Source of the DNA: a virus
Taxonomy: Duplodnaviria; Caudoviricetes
Virus record (IMG/VR): IMGVR_UViG_3300043443_000352
Coordinates: 1-34,651 of that record
Reading direction: 5' to 3' (one strand)
DNA: 34,651 nucleotides
Made by a program: the position numbers and the translations under genes. Below, piece by piece: positions 1 to 8,867 of this stretch; the stretch's first letter is position 1, and each line of letters begins with the position of its first letter. The notes beneath the pieces were generated by a model. That model did not search any database. It worked only from the letters and a program-made list of their open reading frames with translations, and had not been told where the DNA came from.

Positions 1-446
1 CAGCACGCTTTTATGTCACTGGTGGAACAGATAACTCTGGCTGGTGGGATTTCCAGATCGAGTACATCGGCGGATCAGTTCTTAGCTGGACCTATAACGA
101 GCAAGTAGATATTCTTGTCACTCCTATTGCCGACCGTGGCGATGTAGGTCCAACTGGTCCAGTAGGTCCAGCAGGCCCTGGTGTGCCAGCAGGCGGTTTA
201 GTTGGCCAGATTCTTCGAAAAATCGGCGAGCTTGACTATCAAACCGAGTGGGTAGACCCAGAATCTGTTCAAGACGTAGCTTTAAATGAGCTAACAGATG
301 TTGATTTGTCATCGTTAACCGACGGTCAAGTTCTAGTTTACGAACAGTCCACAAACAAGTGGATACCCACATCTCCAGAAACTCTCCCTCAATCGTCAGA
401 GTCGCTCTCTGGTACAATTGAGGGAGGATCCGCGTCGACTTTTTAG
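1..446 (+). CDS. Collagen-like fibre/virion protein, 3' part (5' truncated by window edge)
   Basis: Frame 3 is open from position 3 (ARFYVTGGTDNSGWWDFQ...[29 protein letters not shown]...DYQTEW) to TAG at 444-446, so the track's 183 start is internal. It has short Gly-X-Y triplets, the phage fibre motif GVPxGGxxGQxLxK...DYxTEW, and LTDVD...DGQVLVY...W. Confidence 0.8.
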   Translation, partial: ARFYVTGGTDNSGWWDFQIEYIGGSVLSWTYNEQVDILVTPIADRGDVGPTGPVGPAGPGVPAGGLVGQILRKIGELDYQTEWVDPESVQDVALNELTDVDLSSLTDGQVLVYEQSTNKWIPTSPETLPQSSESLSGTIEGGSASTF

Positions 447-456
447 GGAATAATCC

Positions 457-831
457 ATGGCCGTACAGATACAACTTAGAAATGACACTGCAGCCAACTG
501 GGCTTCCGCAAATCCAACTCTAGCTAAAGGCGAGATTGGCGTTGAGATCGACACCAACAAGATGAAAATTGGTCTCGGCAATACTGCTTGGAACAACCTC
601 TCCTATATGGGCATTGACTCAGAGGAACTAGTGCCACTGGTTTCCTATACCCACACGCAAGGCGCAGACAGCGACGTCTGGACTATTGCACACAACCTAG
701 GCTTCTACCCATCTGTCAGCGTATTTATGTCGTCTGGCGATGTTGTAGAGGGAGCAATTGAGCACCAAGACGTAAACACTCTAACAATCACCTTCTCGGT
801 AGCCATTTCGGGTACCGCGTACCTCTCCTAA
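457..831 (+). CDS. Small virion protein with Mtd (major tropism determinant)-like N-terminal domain
   Basis: MAVQIQLRNDTAANWASANPTLAKGEIGVEIDTNKMKIGLGNTAWNNLSY matches the Mtd_N-type motif. The C-terminal domain reads YTHTQ..WTIAHNLG..AYLS. GGGA lies upstream. Confidence 0.8.
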   Translation: MAVQIQLRNDTAANWASANPTLAKGEIGVEIDTNKMKIGLGNTAWNNLSYMGIDSEELVPLVSYTHTQGADSDVWTIAHNLGFYPSVSVFMSSGDVVEGAIEHQDVNTLTITFSVAISGTAYLS

Positions 832-843
832 GGAAAATAACAA

Positions 844-3234
844 ATGGCAAAACAGTTCTTAACGAACCTGAACCTCAACAAGAATGAGCTTCAGAATGCA
901 AGAATTCAAAATCTTGCTACTGCTCCCTCATCGCCTGTTGTCGGTCAATTCTACTTCAACACTACAGACGGTCAGCTGCAGGTATACACTGGCGTAACTA
1001 ACGGCTGGGTAGCTCTAGCTGCTGGCGGAAACGTTGCAGAGGCAATCAATGCCGCTATTGCAGCTCTAGACCTGGCTAACACCTACGATGCTATTGGTTC
1101 AGCTGACGCCGCCGAGACAGCAGCAAACCTATACACAGACGGCGAGATTGCAACTGCACTTACGACTGCTCAGGGGTACGCTGACACAGCCGAGGCCGAT
1201 GCTAAGTCATACGCAGACGGACTAGCCGTCAACTACGATGCTGCAGGCTCTGCAGCTTCTGCACAGGCTAATGCTGCAACTTACACCAACACCGTTGCAG
1301 CTGGACTGACCTCAGACATTGCTAATGCAAAGTCAGAAGCAATTGCTGCAGCTGAGAGCTACACAGACAACGCAGTAGCTGCCTTAGTTGACTCTGCCCC
1401 AGCCACTCTAGACACTCTTAACGAGTTGGCTGCCGCACTTCAGGACAACCCAAATGTTATCAGTGACCTTACCGACATTGCCGCTGGTAAGCAAGACACT
1501 CTAACCGCTGGTACTGGCATCACCATTGATGGCCTCACTGATACCATCTCGGTAACTGCTGACACCTACGACGCTTTCGGCGCTGCTGCTTCGGCTCAGA
1601 CTGCTGCAGAGCTTTACGCTGACGGTGTAGCTCTAACAGCTGAGAACAATGCAAAAGCTTACGCTGACGGCCTAGCTGTTAACTACGATGCCGCGGGTGC
1701 TGCTGCCACTGCTTACACAAACGCTGTAACTTACACCAATGCTGCTGAAGCTAACGCTATCGCACACGCTAACACGGTTGCAGCCTCCGCCGAGGCTAAT
1801 GCAATTGCGCACGCTAACACTGTTGCAGGTACTGCTTACAGCAACGCTGTAGCTTATGTAGATAACGCAGTCAGCAACCTGGATCTCACCTACACAACTG
1901 ATGATGTAACTGAAGGCACCAACCTATACTTTACCCAGGCTCGTGCTCGTGGTGCAGTTTCTGCTGACAACACTTACATTAGCTACAATGCAACAACTGG
2001 TGAATTCTCACTAGACACTGCAAATGCAGCTACTGTTGCTTACGCAGACGACATTTATGACTCGTTGTCAGCTGACATCGTGTCTGGCATCACTTCGGCT
2101 GCTCAGAGCATTACTAACAACTACACTGCTGCTGACAACACTCTAAGCACTAACCTGACTACCGCTTACCAAGCTGCAGACACTGCACTAGAGGCAAGCC
2201 TTACTCAGGATTTTCAGGACGCCGACAACGTTGTTCTCAGCACCCTTCGCAGCGAGATTCAGTCTGCTGCAGCTGGCCTAGATGTCAAGGAATCAGCTAG
2301 AGTAGCAACAACCGCTGACATTACTTTGTCTGGTACTCAGACAATCGACGGTGTTGCAGTTGTAGCTGGCGACCGAGTTCTTGTAAAGAACCAGGCAACT
2401 GCTTCTGAGAATGGTTTGTATGTTGTTGCAGCTGGTGCATGGTCTCGTGCAGCAGATGCAGATGAGCCTGCAGAGCTGAACGCTGGAACCTTCGTATTCG
2501 TTGAAGAGGGTTCTGTAAATGCTGACACTGGCTGGGTAGTCTCAACTAACAATCCAATCACTATCGGCACCGATGCAATGAACTGGACCCAGTTCTCTGG
2601 TGCTGGCGTTATTACTGCTGGCAACGGTTTGACCCAGAGCGGTACAGAGTTTAGTGTTGTTGCTGGCTCTGGCATCACCGTAGACGGTAGCGGTGTAAGC
2701 ATCGCTTCTGACTACGCTGGTCAGGCTTCGATTGACACCGTTGGAACCATTACCACTGGTACATGGGAAGGCAGCACAGTTGATGTTGCTCACGGTGGTA
2801 CTGGTGCAACCATCTTTACTGATGGTGAGTATCTAGTAGGTAACGGAAGCAATGCGCTTACTACCGTCTCTAGCATCCCTGGTGCAGACATATCTGGTGA
2901 CATCTCTGGAAACGCCGAGAACGTAAACGGAACCGTTGCGATTGCAAACGGTGGTACTGGTGCAACAACTGCTGCTGGTGCTCGTGCAAACCTTGGTGCA
3001 ACCACCAAGTACGCAGAGAACAACGGCAGCCTAACTCCAGCCAGCGGAATCGTAACTTGGACCGTAGCCCACGCTCTAAACACCTCTGACGTAACCGTAC
3101 AGATGCGTGATGCTTCAACCAACGCTGTTGTAGAAGCAGACATCGTAATCACCAACGCCAACACTGTAACCGTGAGCTGGAATGCAGCAGCAACTGTATC
3201 TGCAGACAGCTACCGTGTAGTGGTAACTGGCTAA
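844..3234 (+). CDS. Tail fibre-like protein, 796 aa
   Basis: Ala/Thr-rich helical repeats (YADGLAVNYDAAG x2, AEANAIAHANTVA x2). Fibre motif LVDSAPATLDTLNELAAAL. COG5301-like block GLDVKESARVATTADITLSGTQTIDGV..GDRVLVKNQ..ENGLY. GGTGATTAAGARANLG motif. RBS AAGGA. Confidence 0.85.
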   Translation: MAKQFLTNLNLNKNELQNARIQNLATAPSSPVVGQFYFNTTDGQLQVYTGVTNGWVALAAGGNVAEAINAAIAALDLANTYDAIGSADAAETAANLYTDGEIATALTTAQGYADTAEADAKSYADGLAVNYDAAGSAASAQANAATYTNTVAAGLTSDIANAKSEAIAAAESYTDNAVAALVDSAPATLDTLNELAAALQDNPNVISDLTDIAAGKQDTLTAGTGITIDGLTDTISVTADTYDAFGAAASAQTAAELYADGVALTAENNAKAYADGLAVNYDAAGAAATAYTNAVTYTNAAEANAIAHANTVAASAEANAIAHANTVAGTAYSNAVAYVDNAVSNLDLTYTTDDVTEGTNLYFTQARARGAVSADNTYISYNATTGEFSLDTANAATVAYADDIYDSLSADIVSGITSAAQSITNNYTAADNTLSTNLTTAYQAADTALEASLTQDFQDADNVVLSTLRSEIQSAAAGLDVKESARVATTADITLSGTQTIDGVAVVAGDRVLVKNQATASENGLYVVAAGAWSRAADADEPAELNAGTFVFVEEGSVNADTGWVVSTNNPITIGTDAMNWTQFSGAGVITAGNGLTQSGTEFSVVAGSGITVDGSGVSIASDYAGQASIDTVGTITTGTWEGSTVDVAHGGTGATIFTDGEYLVGNGSNALTTVSSIPGADISGDISGNAENVNGTVAIANGGTGATTAAGARANLGATTKYAENNGSLTPASGIVTWTVAHALNTSDVTVQMRDASTNAVVEADIVITNANTVTVSWNAAATVSADSYRVVVTG

Positions 3235-3274
3235 TAGTAAAATAGTTAAGATCTAAAAGAAAGAGGTCGCTCTA

Positions 3275-3505
3275 ATGGCAAGTAAGAAATTCCTAACACC
3301 GATTAATATCGTGCAGGGACCTGCCTTCCCAGCTGACGCTGACCAGGGCGACCTCTTTTTTAGGTCTGACCTTGGCTCTATGTATACATACGACGGCAGC
3401 GCCTGGGTATCGATGACCGCCAGTGACATTACAAATGTCGACGGTGGAAATGCAACAAGCGCTTATAACATCAACTACGACGGTGGCGGACCGTCTTCTT
3501 TTTAA
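3275..3505 (+). CDS. Small virion/fibre adaptor protein, 76 aa
   Basis: RBS GAGG. P..ADQGDLFFRSDLGSMYTYDGSAW is the P-x-GD-x-(W/F)...YxYDGxxW module found throughout the fibre genes here. Ends in DGG motifs. Confidence 0.7.
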   Translation: MASKKFLTPINIVQGPAFPADADQGDLFFRSDLGSMYTYDGSAWVSMTASDITNVDGGNATSAYNINYDGGGPSSF

Positions 3506-3525
3506 GGAATAAGGACTAAGAAAAA

Positions 3526-5784
3526 ATGGCAGTCAGAATTCAATTCAGACGCGGTACCGCCGCAGAGTGGGCAGCAGCAAATCCAACCCTAGCCCCTGGT
3601 GAGCTAGGTTATGAGTCAGACACTGGCTCTTTCAAGATTGGTAACGGTACAACTGCCTGGGCGTCTCTTGCTTACGGTGCAGTTGGCGAAGCATATGTAG
3701 ACAATGCTATCGCTAACGTGGTAGGACTCTCCCCAGAGACTCTAGACACCCTAGAAGAGCTTGCAGCTGCTGTAGGCAACAACCCTAACTTTGTTCAAAC
3801 GGTAACTGACATGGTTGCAGATGCTGAAGCCAACGTTGTTGCCTATACTGACAATGCCGTGGCTAGCTTGGTAAATGCAGCGCCACAAACACTAAACACA
3901 CTTTCGGAACTTTCTGCAGCTTTAAACAACGATGAGAACTTCTACCTCACGCTGCAGAACAGCATCAATGGTGTAAATACATATGCTGTTGCTTACACAG
4001 ATAATGCAATTATTCAGGTTACAGATGTTTTTAATACATCTCTAACTTTTTATGCCACGACTACTCAGCTGACCACAGCTGTTGGCGAGCACACTCAGGA
4101 CACTACAAATGTTCACGGCATATCTGATACAGCCAACCTGGTATACGCTCAAGAGTTGACTGACGCTATTTCGGTACACAATGCCGAGACATTGAACGTT
4201 CACGGTATTGCAAATACTGCAGCATTGGCAACACTATCAGACGTCACTCAGGCAGCTAACACCATAAACAACACTATCGGCGACCACACGGCCTTGACAC
4301 TTAACGTTCATGGTATTGCCGACACATCGGACTTAGTTACAGGAACAAATATTGCCACTGTGATTGCCCCCACGTTGGCTGCATATGCTACGCTCAGCTC
4401 ACCAGAGTTTACTGGAGAAGTAGTCTTACCAGCTTCAACGACTATTGGAGCAATCTCAGGTGTGGAGCTAGGTTACTTAGATAACGTGGCTTCTAATATT
4501 CAAGACCAACTAGACGCTAAGCTAGCAACTGCCAGTGCCGCAAGCATCTACGCTCCAATAGCTAACGCGGCTCTAACTGGCAATGTGTCTTTACCAGCCA
4601 CTACAACTATCGGTGACGTATCTGCAACAGAGATTAGCTACCTAAACAACGTATCTTCTGCAATTCAAACTCAGTTAGATGCGAAGGCACCAATTGCCTC
4701 TCCAACATTCACTGGAACAGTCTCTGGTATCACTGCCGCAATGGTTGGTCTAGGAGACGTCGACAACACCTCTGACCTAGACAAGCCAGTATCTAATGCA
4801 GTTCAAACAGCACTAGATCTGAAAGCTAACCTAGCCAGCCCAGTATTCACTGGCGAGGTAGAGACATCAGACCTCACAGTTACAGGCAACCTTATTGTCC
4901 AGGGAACTACAACTACAGTAAATGCTAGCGACCTTAAGCTCCGTGACAACATGATCTATCTGAACCAAGCAGGATCATCAGTTATCACTAACGCTGTAGG
5001 CGATGGCACAAATGTTGTTTACACCACTTCCGAAGCTCACGGCTATGCAGCAGGTGACTTTGTCACTGTAGCAAACGTAATCCCTACCTCGTTCAACATT
5101 TCGGGTGACGGTGAAGAGATTATTGCAGTAACTAGCAACACTTTCACTGTTGCAAGCACTGTAACTGACACCTACACAAGCGGTGGAACTGCACGCGGTA
5201 AAGTTCACTTCAATCCAGACCTCGGCTGGGCTGCTGGACGTTACGCTGACAACACCTACGCTCACGCTGGTATGTTCCGTGACGCAACTGATGGTCGATT
5301 CAAGTTCTTTGACAACTACACCCCAGAGCCAGACGAGTCAGTATTTATTGACACATCGCACGCTAGCTTTGCTTTAGCGCCTATTCAGGTTCAAAATGTA
5401 ATCACCACTGGCGTAACTACAAACTTTGTGGCTTTCTCTGACGGCACTGAGCAAACTACCGCAGGCGTCCCGTCTATAACTCAGTTCAGCACCCTAACAG
5501 GGGACTACACACTAGATTCCATCTCTAAGAAAGATGGCGTCTATGAGGTCAATAGCTCGACCCCAGTAACAATTACAATTCCAAGCAACGCAACGCTAGC
5601 TTGGCCTATCGGCGCAAGCGTTGACTTCTTACAGGTAGGTACTGGTCAGGTCACTATCAGCCCAGCTGCTGGCGTGACCTTGAACTACACCCCAGGAAAC
5701 AAGCTCAGAACGCAGTGGTCAAGCTGTACTATAATGAAACGTGGTACCGACAGCTGGGTCCTATACGGCGATTTGACAGCATAA
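3526..5784 (+). CDS. Tail fibre-like protein with Mtd-like N-terminus, 752 aa
   Basis: MAVRIQFRRGTAAEWAAANPTLAPGELGYESDTGSFKIGNG (Mtd_N-like). PETLDTLEELAAA / PQTLNTLSELSAAL motifs, SPxFTG fibre repeats, three H-x5-VHGI repeats, and C-terminal ..KLRTQWSSCTIMKRGTDSWVLYGDL domain. Confidence 0.85.
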   Translation: MAVRIQFRRGTAAEWAAANPTLAPGELGYESDTGSFKIGNGTTAWASLAYGAVGEAYVDNAIANVVGLSPETLDTLEELAAAVGNNPNFVQTVTDMVADAEANVVAYTDNAVASLVNAAPQTLNTLSELSAALNNDENFYLTLQNSINGVNTYAVAYTDNAIIQVTDVFNTSLTFYATTTQLTTAVGEHTQDTTNVHGISDTANLVYAQELTDAISVHNAETLNVHGIANTAALATLSDVTQAANTINNTIGDHTALTLNVHGIADTSDLVTGTNIATVIAPTLAAYATLSSPEFTGEVVLPASTTIGAISGVELGYLDNVASNIQDQLDAKLATASAASIYAPIANAALTGNVSLPATTTIGDVSATEISYLNNVSSAIQTQLDAKAPIASPTFTGTVSGITAAMVGLGDVDNTSDLDKPVSNAVQTALDLKANLASPVFTGEVETSDLTVTGNLIVQGTTTTVNASDLKLRDNMIYLNQAGSSVITNAVGDGTNVVYTTSEAHGYAAGDFVTVANVIPTSFNISGDGEEIIAVTSNTFTVASTVTDTYTSGGTARGKVHFNPDLGWAAGRYADNTYAHAGMFRDATDGRFKFFDNYTPEPDESVFIDTSHASFALAPIQVQNVITTGVTTNFVAFSDGTEQTTAGVPSITQFSTLTGDYTLDSISKKDGVYEVNSSTPVTITIPSNATLAWPIGASVDFLQVGTGQVTISPAAGVTLNYTPGNKLRTQWSSCTIMKRGTDSWVLYGDLTA

Positions 5785-5803
5785 AGTTAAGAGAGAGTAA
5801 CTA

Positions 5804-6718
5804 ATGGCAAAGAAAGAAGCAGGTGGAAAGTCAGCTTCTCAAAATGACTTTCTTGAGCCGAAACCGCCTATCAATGTATCAGCTACTGACGTAGGTACAA
5901 ACAGACCATATAACGATGGAGCTGCTGTTGTCTCGTTCGAGCTGTCAGCTGACTCTCCTGCAGCAACTTCTTATACTGTAAACGCCTATAAGAATGGGAG
6001 CACCTTAGATTCACAAGTTGCAACCAACACTGGGGCATCTTCACCAATTACAATTACTGGTCTAGACTCTGGGATTTCTTACACTTTTAAAGTCACTGCA
6101 TCTAACGCATCTGGAACGTCAGCCGAGTCCGCAGCTTCAAGCTCAACTCCCATAACGACAGTACCTCAAGCCCCTCAGAATGCGTCAGCTGTATCTACTG
6201 CAGCTAATCAAGACGTGATTTCGTGGTCTAACGGTGCTGACGGCGGTAAAGCAATCACTAGCACATATTTTGTATCTAGTGACCAGGCAACTAACCCTGG
6301 TCAAGTAGTTATGACTACAAATCCTTGGACAGAGGCTGAAAATGGTGGTTCAACCCAGAACTATACTCTATACCATGTAAATGCTAACGGAACTTCGCTT
6401 GGCTCTCTAACTGCTGACGTTACAACTGTTGCACCGTTCTTCCCACCATACTTCCCACCTTACTTCCCACCGTTCTTCCCTCCATACTTCCCACCATACT
6501 TCCCACCGTTCTTCCCTCCATACTTCCCACCATACTTCCCACCGTTCTTCCCTCCATACTTCCCGCCTTACTTCCCGCCTTACTTCCCGCCTTACTTCCC
6601 GCCTAGATTCCCTTACTTCCCACCTTACTTCCCACCGTTCTTCCCTCCTCGCTTTGGTGGTTACTCGATTGACCCACGAGAGCTAGACAAGTACATGTCA
6701 GAGTGGGATACCGAATAG
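5804..6718 (+). CDS. Two fibronectin type III domains plus C-terminal (PPYF/PPFF)n repeat; probable virion surface protein
   Basis: FN3 signatures PxPPxNVSA...SPITITGLDSGISYTFKVTASNASGTS and VPQAPQN...ISWS.GADGGKAIT...NANGTS, then a 74-aa Pro/aromatic repeat and a 20-aa acidic tail. Confidence 0.85.
   Translation: MAKKEAGGKSASQNDFLEPKPPINVSATDVGTNRPYNDGAAVVSFELSADSPAATSYTVNAYKNGSTLDSQVATNTGASSPITITGLDSGISYTFKVTASNASGTSAESAASSSTPITTVPQAPQNASAVSTAANQDVISWSNGADGGKAITSTYFVSSDQATNPGQVVMTTNPWTEAENGGSTQNYTLYHVNANGTSLGSLTADVTTVAPFFPPYFPPYFPPFFPPYFPPYFPPFFPPYFPPYFPPFFPPYFPPYFPPYFPPYFPPRFPYFPPYFPPFFPPRFGGYSIDPRELDKYMSEWDTE
6434..6655 (+). repeat. Coding tandem repeat: 12-bp (PPxF) units with a 36-bp higher-order period
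   Basis: 17 complete PP(Y/F/R)F tetrads plus two truncated units. The DNA unit ccgttcttccctccatacttcccaccatacttccca recurs near-perfectly. Confidence 0.95.
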
Positions 6719-6737
6719 TACTAGTAGTTAGGTATAA

Positions 6738-6771
6738 AATAAAGAGGTAGTCTTCGGACTGCCTCTTTATT
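6738..6771 (+). terminator. 15-bp stem-loop with cUUCGg tetraloop, probable intrinsic terminator
   Basis: AATAAAGAGGTAGTC-TTCG-GACTGCCTCTTTATT, with one G:U pair. It is intergenic, directly after the fibre operon, and the 3' arm ends T-rich. Confidence 0.8.
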
Positions 6772-6789
6772 ACTTAACGGGAGACTATA

Positions 6790-7398
6790 TTGCACTTTAA
6801 TCCAGTAGTTCTTAATGACGTATTTAGTAGCGAAGATGTGCAGTACCTTAGGCAGCTGCTGAACTCGAAGTCATACGCCAAGAATTGGCTAGACCCTAAT
6901 AATGATAGGAGAGTCTTAAAATTCACCGAGCTTGACTCATATTTCAGCAAAAAAATAGAGCCAATAGTTCAAGAAATATTCGGCAGTACTCGTATTAAAT
7001 CAACTTACGCGGTTTACTTAGATTACGATCGACCAACATCAAAGCTGCCAGCACATCTCGACAATAATGCTTGTACTTATACAGTTGATTATTGCGTATC
7101 TGCTAAAACCCCATGGGGGGTAGTAGTCGAGGGCGAAGAGTTTGTTTTTGGCCCAAACCAGGCTTTAGTGTTTACTGGTGGACACGATTATCACTGGCGA
7201 AACGATATGCCAGATCCAGAAAATAATAGAGTTGAAGTAATTATGTTCCACTTCTGCTTAGATGATCACTGGTACTTCACTCACGGGCAAGAGTATATGT
7301 ACGATTTAATGGACAATGGACTATTACCAGAGGGCGACTCATATCATCTAAGTCCAGCAGTTTTAGGTAGAAATCCTGTAGACTCGTCTCATGGATGA
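6790..7398 (+). CDS. 2OG-Fe(II) dioxygenase-like protein (divergent, phage type)
   Basis: TTG start after GGGAG. HxD motif (LPAHLDNNACTY) and distal His (HWR). Lacks the YLNDDYEGG motif of its neighbours. Confidence 0.7.
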   Translation: MHFNPVVLNDVFSSEDVQYLRQLLNSKSYAKNWLDPNNDRRVLKFTELDSYFSKKIEPIVQEIFGSTRIKSTYAVYLDYDRPTSKLPAHLDNNACTYTVDYCVSAKTPWGVVVEGEEFVFGPNQALVFTGGHDYHWRNDMPDPENNRVEVIMFHFCLDDHWYFTHGQEYMYDLMDNGLLPEGDSYHLSPAVLGRNPVDSSHG

Positions 7399-8122
7399 TT
7401 GGTTTACTAAAGACAGGTCAGAGACCGCAAGCAATAGGATGCCTGCTAGATATATAGGTCAAATAGAAGTATTAAATCCAGCTCTCGGTATAAATATTTA
7501 TAGAAATGCTCTGAGCGAACCTAATTGTAAAAAGTATATCTCGACTTTAGAGTCACATTTAAATGGTCAAACTCGGTTTCGTTGGAGCGGCGCTTACGTT
7601 ACTACATCAGAAGAGTTGGATTTAGAGTCTAGAAATGCTAAGGATTTTAAGTTTAATTCAACTGGTCTAGGACCGAAGACTCAAGAAACTGCTGCTCTTT
7701 ACTCTATGCATGAAGAGATTTTTCAATCCACTAGACGCTGTGTAGACGATTACGGCCAGTACTGGGGAGTAGGAATTAATTCCTACGAAGCCTTCAATTT
7801 TGTAAAATATGAAGGAGCTGGTACTCATTTTAGGATTCACGCGGATCACGGACCTACTTATGTCTCAACGACATCTATAGTTGCATACCTCAATGATGAC
7901 TATGAAGGAGGAGAGCTTTGGTTTCCTAGATTCAATTTAGTTATAAAACCAAAAGCAGGAGATATAGTGGTATTTCCATCTACTTATATCTATGAGCATG
8001 CGTCCCAGGAAATGATTAGTGGAACTAAGTACTCTGTTGTAATAATGAGTGACTATAATGATAGAGACGGCGTGAACCACAGAGTATCGCAGACGGTTAA
8101 GGAATATGAACTCAAATACTAA
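7391..8122 (+). CDS. Prolyl 4-hydroxylase-like 2OG-Fe(II) dioxygenase
   Basis: HAD...YLNDDYEGGELWF...KPKAGDIVVFPS...H-x9-K (HASQEMISGTK). Confidence 0.9.
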   Translation: MDDWFTKDRSETASNRMPARYIGQIEVLNPALGINIYRNALSEPNCKKYISTLESHLNGQTRFRWSGAYVTTSEELDLESRNAKDFKFNSTGLGPKTQETAALYSMHEEIFQSTRRCVDDYGQYWGVGINSYEAFNFVKYEGAGTHFRIHADHGPTYVSTTSIVAYLNDDYEGGELWFPRFNLVIKPKAGDIVVFPSTYIYEHASQEMISGTKYSVVIMSDYNDRDGVNHRVSQTVKEYELKY

Positions 8123-8864
8123 CGAGGTAAAGAAGGCAACTGCCACTGAAGGCCAAGCAGAGCAAGAAATGTTAAATGATCGGCTTGCTAAGTGGTACAC
8201 ACTGGACGAGATTACTTGGAGCTCTGCAGAAGAGGTTCGCCCTGGATCGGGCATCTGGGTATATCACGACGTTCTACCTAAAGATATGAACATAATCGAG
8301 CGAATCGAGGAGGTCTTGCACTCTCCAGACAACGATTACGAGTACCAAGAAGCTATGGTTGGGTACTCAATGAAGATTCCAGAGTATCGAGACTGCTATG
8401 ATTTTAAATACAAAAGACATGACTTTGACCACGATACTTCAGAGTGGGGCGACAAGCTTAGAGAGCTTGCAGACGAAACCATCTATCGACAGAAGCAGGT
8501 AGTTAAGGACTACACTCGTCGCTACAATATTGGTGAGCTGCGTTACTGGGAAGCCACAAACTATATTAAATATGGCCCAGGGCAGCACTTCCAAGAGCAC
8601 CATGATCATGGCTACTCTTACAACTGTGTAGTGTCTCTAGTTGGATATCCGAATGACGACTACGAGGGTGGAGAGCTGTACTTCAGACTTCAAAATATCA
8701 AGATTAAAGCCAGAGCGGGGGATCTGTTTATCTTCCCATCGAACTTTATGTACCCACACCGAGCAATGCCAGTAGTATCTGGAACTAAGTACTCGATGGT
8801 TACTATGTTGGACTACTCGGACAAATTCCACGGCGGTATGTTTTTGGAAGAGACAAACTCTTAA
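8106..8864 (+). CDS. Prolyl 4-hydroxylase-like 2OG-Fe(II) dioxygenase
   Basis: HHD...YPNDDYEGGELYF...AGDLFIFPSNFMYPHRAMPVVSGTKYS (H-x9-K). Confidence 0.9.
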   Translation: MNSNTNEVKKATATEGQAEQEMLNDRLAKWYTLDEITWSSAEEVRPGSGIWVYHDVLPKDMNIIERIEEVLHSPDNDYEYQEAMVGYSMKIPEYRDCYDFKYKRHDFDHDTSEWGDKLRELADETIYRQKQVVKDYTRRYNIGELRYWEATNYIKYGPGQHFQEHHDHGYSYNCVVSLVGYPNDDYEGGELYFRLQNIKIKARAGDLFIFPSNFMYPHRAMPVVSGTKYSMVTMLDYSDKFHGGMFLEETNS

Positions 8865-8867
8865 AAC

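Noticed and set aside
457-5784. Diversity-generating retroelement suggested by two Mtd-like N-termini
   Set aside because: Only the N-terminal structural module is present. No reverse transcriptase, C-type lectin variable region or adenine-variant TR/VR pair is visible in the window.
6434-6655. CRISPR array or non-coding satellite
   Set aside because: No unique spacers. Units are 12/36 bp, in frame, and vary mainly at synonymous positions, so it is a coding repeat.
6429-6686. His/Ser/Thr-rich 85-aa ORF (HTSH repeats)
   Set aside because: It is a shifted-frame shadow of the PPxF repeat with no RBS. The peptide conserved at 22685 is PPxF, not this frame.
6656-6718. Hint/intein or protease domain after the repeat that would release the peptide
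   Set aside because: Only a 20-aa tail (GGYSIDPRELDKYMSEWDTE) follows and no autoprocessing domain is recognisable.
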